From Octopus bimaculoides (Eukaryota), in contig NC_068997.1 in the NCBI RefSeq assembly GCF_001194135.2, positions 523,813 to 569,483 of the forward strand: a stretch of DNA of 45,671 nucleotides, written 5' to 3'. The notes under the pieces were generated by a model. The model was not told the DNA's origin. It was given only the letters and a program-made list of their open reading frames with translations, and did not search any database. Positions within the stretch are counted from its first letter, which is position 1. Each line of letters begins with the position of its first letter. Made by a program: the position numbers and the translations under genes. Shown here piece after piece: positions 11,844 to 21,589 of the stretch.

Positions 11844-12279
11844 TTTAATGAATTTTAATTACCTTTTTCTGATGATATCTGAAAAGAAACAGCAATTTTA
11901 GCAAAACGTATTAAGCAACACTAATAATAAATCAAAAACATGAAAACGAACAAGCTTTTGACGGTTTTATAGATATTTCAAAATTATGACTTAGTGATAA
12001 TAGGTGTTTCCATTAGTTTGTCCAACCTCTGTAGTTGTTAGGATCTTATCTCCTCTCAAGAGGCCACACACAAACATCATAGACAATAGGTTTTTTTCTG
12101 CTAAGTAAGCAAAACATTGTCTCCGCTGCCACCGCCACTACCCACACACAATCGTAAATACGTGGATCAGCCAGAACGGTTGCTGGACTGAATCGCTTTT
12201 TACGCAACAAAATGTTTACCGTCGACTAAATGTGTCTTCAAGAGACACCACTTCATTATGATAAAAAAAAAAGAGTGTT

Positions 12280-12385
12280 AGCGCAAGCGTAGCTATGTGG
12301 TAAGATGATCGCTTCCCGACCACATGTTTCCGGGTTCAGTCCCACTGTATGGCACCTTGGACAAGTGTCTTCAAGTCTTCAACGA
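12280..12385 (+). mobile_element. SINE family B, tRNA-like head fragment
   Basis: A-box-like GTAGCTATGTGG and B-box-like GGTTCAGTCCC, as at 38391 and 43789. Confidence 0.75.
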
Positions 12386-12428
12386 TAACCTATATATATA
12401 TATATACATATATGTATATATATATATA

Positions 12429-13253
12429 CTAGCTTCAAAGCCACCCGATAGGGCGGTTTTTAAGCTAGTATATAGCTTTTAAGCAACTGACCCCAAATGG
12501 GAAGACCTGGAAACAGATCTCTGATTTGTTTCGGAGAATTTGTTGCAATTGCTTCCTCCAGAGTCATTTCCCAATCATGATCAGATTCGCTGCAAAAAAT
12601 CATGTAAAAAAAATCGCCGAAAACAATCGCAGTAATGAAAACTTAGGAATCCAAAATGTCAGGATTGCGGGTCCGAGTTCAGCCCAGAATGTTTTTAATT
12701 TACTTCCGGAGTTAGCCTTTAGATGATAAAAATTGTACAAAAAAAAAATTTGTCGCAAAAAACCACGTAAAAAAAAAAAAAAATCGCCGAAAGCAATCGC
12801 AGTAATGAAAACTTAGGAATCCCAAATGTCAGGATTGTGGGTCCGGGTCCGGCCCGGAAAGTTTTTAATTTACTCACGGAGTCAGCCTGATTCCAAAATG
12901 GCATGACATGTTTGGCTACGGCCTCTAGGAGTAAAGTTGAAGAAGTGTGACACACTGACATTCACATTTATCATATTATGTTATTATATTATATTAAGAC
13001 GGCAAACTGACAGAATCGTCAGCACGCCAGGCAAAATGCTTAGCTGTATTTTGTCTGCCGTTAGGTTTTGAGTTCGAATTCTGCCGAAATTGGCTTTGTC
13101 TTTCATCCTTTCGGGGTCAATAAAATTAGTACCAGTTATGTACTGGTTCGATGTAATCGACTTAACCCCTTCCCCCCAAATTTGAGGCCTTATGCTTCCA
13201 GTAGAAAGGATTTTAAAAACTGTGACACTGACATTCACGTTTATTATATTAGA
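12429..13253 (-). mobile_element. Non-autonomous Helitron-like element
   Basis: On the minus strand: host A then 5' TCTAATATAATAAAC at 13253; 3' hairpin CCGCCC-TATC-GGGTGG 8 nt before CTAG then host T at 12429/12428. Internal diverged tandem units at 12588-12718 and 12752-12888. Confidence 0.6.
12996..13212 (+). mobile_element. SINE family A nested in the Helitron-like element
   Basis: Matches the family A pattern seen at 29065. Confidence 0.88.
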
Positions 13254-13540
13254 TATTTTTAATTTGGGGAAAACTTTATTTCGATTAATGTGTATTTTAT
13301 ATGTGTGTGTGTGCGCGCGTATTAAAGAAGGTAAAAAAAAAATTAAAATGATAGTGTTCAGTATGTTGACGACAGGAATTTCTGTCAAATAGACATAATT
13401 AAACAAAGCTGTACATCATCTTCCTCTTTCTCTCACGTACCGACTCTTTCTTTCTTTTTTGTTATTACTCCCACTGCCACCATCAAACTACTACTTTTAA
13501 TAAAACATCATCAGCTTTCCTTAAATTTCTTTGTCTCTCT

Positions 13541-13663
13541 TTCTCTCCCTCACTTTCTTTCTCTCCCTCACTTTCTTTCTCTCCCTCACTTTCTTTCTCT
13601 CCCTCACTTTCTTTCTCTCCCTCACTTTCTTTCTCTCCCTCACTTTCTTTCTCTCCCTCACTT

Positions 13664-13700
<37 letters not shown>
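13541..13700. repeat. 18-bp minisatellite (CTCTCCCTCACTTTCTTT) x about 7, followed by (CT)n
   Basis: Direct reading; gives the FLSLTF-repeat ORF. Confidence 0.93.
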
Positions 13701-13702
<2 letters not shown>

Positions 13703-13852
13703 TCCCCACCGCCTTCACCGTCTTTATGCCTACCATTACTTTCACCCCACCATGAGAAGTAGAAGGAGTGTCATTGAATAGTGAGAGAGAGGGGGGGGGG
13801 ATCTAAGTGTGACACACTGACACACAGAAATTAGTTTTCGCAATTATATTAG

Positions 13853-13883
<31 letters not shown>

Positions 13884-13885
<2 letters not shown>

Positions 13886-14064
13886 GATAGCCGGTGTTGG
13901 TGTGTTTACGTCCCCGTAACCTAGCGGTTCGGCAATAGTACTCGATAGAATAAGTACCAGGTTTTAAAAAATTAAGAACTGGGATCGATGCACCTGACTA
14001 AAAAAAATTCTTCAAGGCGGTGCCACAGCATGGACGCGTTCTAATGACTGAAACAAGTAAAACG
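13884..14064 (+). mobile_element. SINE family B, 3' portion
   Basis: GGTGTGTTTACGTCCCCGTAAC...AATAAGTACCAGG...CTAATGACTGAAACAAGTAAAA. Confidence 0.82.
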
Positions 14065-14149
14065 TATTTTTAAAATCATATGATTCTACCAGCAGAATCT
14101 TGGAACACGAAGACAATGGTTTTAAGTTTTGACACCAGAATTATTCTGC

Positions 14150-14159
14150 GTGAGAGTGA

Positions 14160-14224
<65 letters not shown>

Positions 14225-14237
14225 GGAGAGAGAGAGA

Positions 14238-14287
<50 letters not shown>

Positions 14288-14290
14288 GAG
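14150..14290. repeat. (GA)n microsatellite field
   Basis: Direct reading. Confidence 0.95.
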
Positions 14291-14705
14291 AATCTAAGGA
14301 CAGAAAAAGGAAAAGAGAAATCCAAGAAAGGAAGAGGGGGGCAAAAGAGGGAGAGGGAGAAAGAGGGAGACGGGGTAGAAAACGAGAGAGAACACGAAAG
14401 AGAAGTGAATGAGAAATAAAAAGTGTGTGAGAAAGAGAGAGAGGATGTGAGTTTAAGACGGTCTGTATCATTGAAATGAGAGTAATTTATGCTCGTTAAT
14501 AAAGAAAGCAAACATTTCGAAAGGAATAAAACGGAAATAAAACAGTAATATCACCAACAATTAAAAGCACGTAACGACGATGTCTTAGTAAATAGCCGTT
14601 CTACATTATCTTGTTTGTGTCGAATGTTTTCTGATGAGAACGGGATCAAAGATATCATTTAGATAACACGCATTTTTCTTTCTTCATCTTGTCTTTCACT
14701 AACTG

Positions 14706-14728
14706 CACACACACACACACACACAGAC

Positions 14729-14751
<23 letters not shown>
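14706..14751. repeat. 46-bp perfect loopless palindrome (CA)n-GACGTC-(TG)n
   Basis: Two 23-nt arms are exact reverse complements centred on AGAC/GTCT at 14728/14729. Confidence 0.9.
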
Positions 14752-14770
<19 letters not shown>

Positions 14771-16128
14771 ATGTATCAAAACCTAATTACAGCCAATGAG
14801 GGCAGGAACCATTAAGTGGTAGAATGGACAGCTGAAGCCACAACTGTGTTCTCACATAGGTAAAAACAAATGCTCACATCTGAACACGGACGTCTCGACA
14901 GGAGTTGTGCATGAAGAACGAGCCGACGGCCTACGCTTATAAATAATGTAGAGACCATATCTGAGGCAAGTTGATCAACGCAGCCGACTGTGAAGACGGC
15001 TGCTGTCAGCTATGTTTCTACACTTTCTTCTTAGCTCTCTCGCTCTCTCATTAACGACCGAGACATTTCTTTAAAGTGAATTTATGCACCTGTTCGTTCC
15101 TCTTCCTCATTAGCCGTAGTCATTCGCTCTATTGTCCTTCTTTTCTTTAGCGCTTTTCTCGCTCTTCTCCCCCTCACTCATTCCATCTCTAACTCTCTGA
15201 ACCACTCATTCACTCTCTCACTTCCTCGTATAAATTCTTTATCGTTCGGTCTTTTTAATCTCTGTCTCTCCTACCTCTCTCTCTCATAACTTTCACTCAC
15301 TTTTTCTGCTCGTTCTTTCCCTCACTCCTTTGTTTCACCCACCCACCCCCATCACACACACACACACACACACACNNNNNNNNNNNNNNNNNNNNNNNNN
15401 NNNNNNNNNNNNNNNNNNNNNNNNNNNNNNNNNNNNNNNNNNNNNNNNNNNNNNNNNNNNNNNNNNNNNNNNNNNNNNNNNNNNNNNNNNNNNNNNNNNN
15501 NNNNNNNNNNNNNNNNNNNNNNNNNNNNNNNNNNNNNNNNNNNNNNNNNNNNNNNNNNNNNNNNNNNNNNNNNNNNNNNNNNNNNNNNNNNNNNNNNNNN
15601 NNNNNNNNNNNNNNNNNNNNNNNNNNNNNCCACCACCACCACCACCACCACAACTACCAACCAACCAACAACAGCAACAACAAACAACATAATATATAAA
15701 GTGTAAATGTTTCCCCGTCAACTTTGCAGTTGCCCTGGCGACTAAACAACATCAACATAGATACACATCATATACAATATGAATATAATATACACGCAAT
15801 ATAATGTGTATATAGCATATACACCCTGCATGCATGATATACACACTGTATGTCTTTTATCTTTTCTTTTACTTGTTTCAGTCATAAAACTGCGGCCACG
15901 CTGGGGCAATGCCTTGAAGTTTTCTTTTTTTAATTATGGAACGTATCTACTCCAGAGGTTATTTTTTTAAAGCCTTGCACTTATTCTATGGGTTTTTTCT
16001 CCTTTGCCGAAACGTCAAGTCAAGGGGACGCAAACAAACCAGCATCGGCTGACAAACGGTGATGGGAACAAGCTAATACAAAGGCGCACGCACGCACACA
16101 CGCACACACGCACACACACACACACACA

Positions 16129-16172
<44 letters not shown>

Positions 16173-16501
16173 NNNNNNNNNNNNNNNNNNNNNNNNNNNN
16201 NNNNNNNNNNNNNNNNNNNNNNNNNNNNNNNNNNNNNNNNNNNNNNNNNNNNNNNNNNNNNNNNNNNNNNNNNNNNNNNNNNNNNNNNNNNNNNNNNNNN
16301 NNNNNNNNNNNNNNNNNNNNNNNNNNNNNNNNNNNNNNNNNNNNNNNNNNNNNNNNNNNNNNNNNNNNNNNNNNNNNNNNNNNNNNNNNNNNNNNNNNNN
16401 NNNNNNNNNNNNNNNNNNNNNNNNNNNNNNNNNNNNNNNNNNNNAATAAATTACGCTGTGCGTATCTATGTGTGTAACAATTTTAGAGTTCGGATTCTAG
16501 A

Positions 16502-16580
16502 GTTAGGGTTAGTTTTAGGGTTAGGGTTAGGGTTAGGGTTACGGTTAACAGTCTAGTTAGGGTTAGGGTTAGGGTTAGGG
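16502..16580 (+). repeat. Interstitial telomere-like (TTAGGG)n tract
   Basis: About nine perfect TTAGGG units in blocks, with degenerate units between and to the left. Confidence 0.9.
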
Positions 16581-16819
16581 GATTAATACGATATACACCG
16601 TTACAGCGCTAACTGTTTTCAACTGAATAGACGTCAGTGATTAGTAGAAATTATCGAAATAAGACAATTTTTTACACGAAATAAATTCGAATACAAAAAT
16701 ATTTTTCTGTTCTATAACACAAAATAGATAAGTATACGAAGTTTGAAAGTCTTTCCGTACCAAAAACACTACATAAAACATAAATGAAAACTGGCGCCCC
16801 CGTTTTAAAATAGATCCCA

Positions 16820-16997
16820 CACATTTCCATAAACGACAGGGTTCTTTCAGTTTCCGTCTTCCAAACCCACTCACAATGCTTTGGTCGACTCGTGGCTATA
16901 GTTAAAGACTCTTGCTTAAGGTGCCACACAGTGGGACTGAACTCGGAGCCATGTTGTTGAGGTGCAAACTTCCTACTACACAGCAACGCTTGCGCCT
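16820..16997 (-). mobile_element. SINE family B, 5' half
   Basis: Reverse complement gives the tRNA-like head and GGCACCTTAAGCAAG body. Confidence 0.8.
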
Positions 16998-17070
16998 ATA
17001 TAACTGTGTGTGCGTGTGTGTGTGTGTATGTGTGTGTGTGTTTGGGTGGGTGGGTGTGTGTGTGTGTAAA

Positions 17071-17363
17071 GTCATGTAACTTAGTGGCTATGGTATTGCA
17101 CTCACGATCGCAAGATCGTAGTTTCGATTCCTCTACCGGCAGTGCATTGTGTTCTTGGGCAAAACACTTCATTTCACACTATTCCAGTTCACTGAGTTGT
17201 AAAGGGGTAACTCTGCGACGAACTGGCGTTCCGTTCAGGGAGAATGTTGGCCTGCTCGCCTAGACAGCGAGACGGCATCATTCCAAAGCTACAACAATGC
17301 GAGGGAGCATATTCTAACCAGTGGTGTATACCAGCATCCCATAGTCTGGTCGATACTATGATT
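17071..17363 (+). mobile_element. tRNA-derived SINE, family C
   Basis: A-box-like AACTTAGTGG, B-box-like GTTTCGATTCC, then TTCTTGGGCAAAACACTT and CTGCGACGAACTGGCGTTCCGTTCAGGG body. Confidence 0.75.
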
Positions 17364-17582
17364 ATATATATATAATCTTCACAACTCATCTTTTTCCGGA
17401 GAATATGGATATTGTCGGAATTTCTATGAAGGTATAGATCCTTTGTTAAAATCCCAGGTAAATCCAGACGGTATTTTGGCATTATTTTGAATGATTTATT
17501 CATATTGTAAATGTGTATATAGAGCGAGAAAGTAAGATAAACAGAAATGGATTTTGTGAGTGGGTATATATGAGGGAGAGAG

Positions 17583-17644
<62 letters not shown>

Positions 17645-17937
17645 AGAAAGGAATAGAAATAAGATAGGGGTTAAAGGGTAAAAACATAATAAGAAATAAA
17701 AAATAAAAGTCAAGGTAATGATAGATATCATAAATGGGCTTGTGAGTGCGTGTATATGGGAGAGGGAGAGAAAATGGAATACAAATAAAATAGGGGTAAA
17801 TGAGTAAAAATCAGAATAAAAATAAAATAAAAGTAAAGGCAATGAAGGAAATATTTCAGTATTATATCGGGGGTTAGAGGTCAAACGTTAAAATTTCAGT
17901 AAAGTGGGTGGGTGTTACAAAGGACAATATTATAGTG

Positions 17938-18140
17938 CAGAAGTTCTCAAACTTTTTGGGCCACCACCATCCCCCTCATGGCCACATAATACCCTCAGTG
18001 CCCACCCCTATTTCTATGCATAAATAAATATTTTATATTTTATTAATTTATGTATACTATGAATCATTTGATGTTTAATATAATTTGTATACTATACTAT
18101 AATAATATAATAAATTCATAGCGTCCCCCAATCCACTGCC
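17938..18140. mobile_element. Probable hAT (Charlie-type) MITE end
   Basis: Starts CAGAAGTTCTCAAACTTTTT, resembling hAT-Charlie termini; related end at 44659. The other end is not seen before the N gap. Confidence 0.45.
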
Positions 18141-18814
18141 TTCCCTTAACGCCTCCTTTTTCTNNNNNNNNNNNNNNNNNNNNNNNNNNNNNNNNNNNNN
18201 NNNNNNNNNNNNNNNNNNNNNNNNNNNNNNNNNNNNNNNNNNNNNNNNNNNNNNNNTTCCCCTGCCTGGTCACATGCTTCCGGTCACTAATCCTTTTTTT
18301 CCTTGGCTATCGCCGAGCAAACACGCGAACTTACTTCGTCCCCACTCTCAGTTCGTGCCTCACAGCATTCATATACACATAATTTTTCACGTCTGGCCGT
18401 ATAGCCTTTTCCGTTTGTTTTCCTGTCTTGTTTTCTTTTCTGTTTGTTTTCCTGTCTTGTTTTTTGTCCGCCACTACATTCCTCCATGGCACAGGTTTAA
18501 TTTGTGCATACAAATTGAATTTGCGGTCCATGGGAAGAGCCGTTTTAACGATGCGTCCTGCCCAACTCTTCGAAACGCCGGAGTTAAAACGGGGGTAGCT
18601 GAGAGTGTGTGTGTGTGTCTATGTGCGTGTGTGTATGTGCATGTATGTATGAATGTTTTATACATATATATATTTGTAATACACACACGCGCGCACACAC
18701 ACATACTCAGTGTACAGAGTGACCAGTATTTGGTGTAGGCATAAGTAAGAGAATATTTCATGTATCTGGTGATAAAGAAGGAAAGGAAAACACAAACGTA
18801 AAAAACTCTCTTAC

Positions 18815-19012
18815 ACAATTTACAAGGGACCTCTTCCTCTATATGATGTTATAGTAACAATTTACAAGGGACTGCACCCCACGCCCACCCCAAGTGATGT
18901 TATAGTAACAGTTTATAAGGGACAGCCTCATTCTTAAATGATGTTATAGTGACATTTATAAGAGACAACATCCACCCCTTATACGGTATTATATTAACAA
19001 TTAATAAGGGTC
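18815..19012. repeat. Array of five 28-29 bp repeats (first one partial) separated by four non-identical 13-22 bp spacers
   Basis: Repeat TGATGTTATAGTAACAATTTACAAGGGAC at 18844-18872, 18895-18923, 18939-18966 and 18984-19012, with a partial copy at 18815-18830; spacers 13, 22, 15 and 17 nt. Confidence 0.9.
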
Positions 19013-19730
19013 ACTTCCCTAATTAAATTGTTTTCTCCCTCAACCTCTCTCTCTTTTCTATATTTTATTCATTTAATAATACTTTCTCCTTTTCCGAATT
19101 TTCCTTTTACTTCTTAATTTCTTCTTCTTCTTCTTCTTCTTCTCCCCTTCTTCTTCTCCTTCTTCTTCCCCCTCTTCTTCTTCTCCTTCTTCTTCTTCTC
19201 CTTCTTCCCCTCCTTTCTATTTTCTTCTATTTTCTTCTCCTCATCACACAATTTCAACTCCCCTCCTCCCGCAACTCTCCCCACCTTGTCACCCTATACT
19301 CTAACCGCCCCCCCCCCGTTCTCCATCCTTTCTACTACGATACTCTAGTATCAGTAATGTTTCACTCCTTCTCTTCACCATTATCCACCTCCTTCTCCTC
19401 CCCCAGTCATCTTTATACAAGCCTTTCCTTCTTTCTCCTTTCCCTCAATTTCTCCCTTCTCCATCAATGATCCCGTCCTTTCACACACACACACACACAC
19501 TCTCTTTCTCTCTGTCTTCCTGTTTCTTTCTTCCACTCTCCCTTTCTGCCTCTGTCTGATTGTCTCTCTCTCACTCTCTCACCCTCTCTCTCTTCTGCTC
19601 TCTTTCCTTCTCTCTCTCTCTCTCTCTCTTTTCTTCCTACTTCTGTCTGTCTGTCTCTCTCTCATCTCCCTCTCTCCCTCTCTCTTTCTCCCTTCCCCAT
19701 TCTTTTTGTCTTTCTCTTTCTGTTTTACAG

Positions 19731-19810
19731 GCGCCGGCCATCGTGGATCTGTCGGTTAACATCTGAAGACCCATGATTCTTCTTGGGAAAGATACAACAC
19801 TTACATAAAG
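19731..19810 (+). other. Candidate exon after a very long polypyrimidine tract (terminal coding or non-coding)
   Basis: About 290 nt CT tract ending tctttctgttttacag; all three frames stop within 50 nt; possible donor AAG/gtcagg at 19810/19811. Confidence 0.3.
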
Positions 19811-20088
19811 GTCAGGACTTGTTCACGTGACACAAGGACGTGTCCACACACAGGTGGGGTCACCCCCTCGGAGCCGTGTATATTTTAACCACAAGACCAG
19901 CTTTTACTAGTTGACCCCTGACTGGGAGCCCTTGTCAGGTTCTGCCACACCAGGGATAAGCAGACCTGGTTGTCATGATCACGAAGGAGTAATTCCATAC
20001 TCCCCAAAACCCTTGGACTCCTGAGCTGGAACATCACTGCGGGGTGTATTTTAATGTCTTGCCCACTCACATACACACACACACACAG

Positions 20089-20119
<31 letters not shown>

Positions 20120-21055
20120 NNNNNNNNNNNNNNNNNNNNNNCACACACACACACACACACACACACACAGCCACACACACACACATGCCTACGCACGCAT
20201 GAACATATACCTTTACACGCACATGAACACACGCATATAAATGAACACAGACATACATGAATACACATACACGAGCACGCATACAGCCACACATTCACAA
20301 ATACACACACACACACGCATTAACACATTTGAACACACACATTAACAAACGTACACACACATACATATGCACACATGAATGCATGAACTCATGCATTCAC
20401 CTACACATAAACGTACGCGCATACAGCCACACAGCCACAAACACACACAGACGAATGCATATGAACATGCACACAGTCACACATTGAGAGAAACACACTC
20501 ACACACACACACAGAGACTCACACGTTTAGAGAAACACACACACATGCGCAAACACATACACAACGTTTTCGAATAGAATGCAATCAGCTGAACAAAAAC
20601 AAAAGCAATAAAGAAAAACCTACCAAGGTTAACAACAACAACAACAACAACAGCTGTGAGCAGCGAAGCCTTGACTACGACGACGACAACAACAACAGCG
20701 ACAGTAACAACAACAATAACAAGCCTAATCTGTCAACTGTTTGGCTGGACAACTGATTGCCGAAGGTAAAGAAATGGATAAACAAATAAATAAATAATCT
20801 AATAATTGCCAATATTAATAGATATATGTGCTGTGGATTGGTTAATTGCTGCTTTATTGACAATTACAGGGGGTTAAGCAGAGAACAGCATGTGTGCAGC
20901 TGGGATAGCATCTCATTTAGCTTGCTGGGGCCAGCAGTCTGTTCTATTGACACTTCCGGTCCGATAGAGATGTCGTTAACAGCCATTAACATGGCTGTAC
21001 AGGCACCAGAAAACTCGACAACTGTCTACTAGGCTATGAAACCTCTCTCCCTCCG

Positions 21056-21102
<47 letters not shown>

Positions 21103-21167
21103 CCCCCTCTCTCTCTCTTCCCTCCTCTCTTTCTCTCTCTCTCCCCCCCTCTCTCTCTATCTATCTA

Positions 21168-21388
21168 TCACGATGAGGTACTGAAAAGTTCCTGGCTTTA
21201 AAGGGTGTCGCGAAAGGCCTGGTTTGAGGCCCAGCCTTGCAAGTTCATTTACAGGGCTTAGAAAAACTGAAGGACTGCTGCAGTAAGTGTGTAACTCTGA
21301 GAGGGGAATACGTTGAATAAAATCATAATTAATTAATCCTCCCGCATTTTCTTTCACCCAAAGCCAGGAACTTTTCAACACCCCCGTG
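21168..21388 (+). mobile_element. Mariner-derived MITE (about 220 bp)
   Basis: Inverted termini share a perfect 18-bp TGAAAAGTTCCTGGCTTT, TA at the flanks, and an internal mariner C-terminal remnant SKCVTLRGEYVE*. Confidence 0.88.
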
Positions 21389-21589
21389 TATGTGTGTGTG
21401 TGTGTGTGTATGACAATGTATAAATATTGGTCATTGCATAATTTTCTTTATTGCAGTAAATTTGAGTTACAACTGTTTCCAGTAGTCACTATAGGTTCGT
21501 TATTGGTAGGTTTACTCAATCGGTCCATTGATCGGGTGAGAAAAATTGAACGACCTAAAAAATGAATGCTACGTACAAGCAATGGGGAG

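Larger units (their letters stand above)
10498..12031 (-). mobile_element. Full-span Tc1-type DNA transposon with both TIRs and TA target duplications
   Basis: Left end TA/CAGGGGTTGGACAAAATAATGAAAACAC and right end GTGTTTCCATTAGTTTGTCCAACCTCTG/TA are inverted repeats (27 of 30 positions including TA). Confidence 0.93.

Noticed and set aside
16502-16580. True chromosome end or fusion point
   Set aside because: Tract is short, degenerate, single-orientation and flanked by ordinary sequence.
18815-19012. Calling the array a bona fide CRISPR locus
   Set aside because: Metazoan context, no cas-like ORF in the window, spacers only 13-22 nt and uneven; kept as a repeat with an unexplained architecture.
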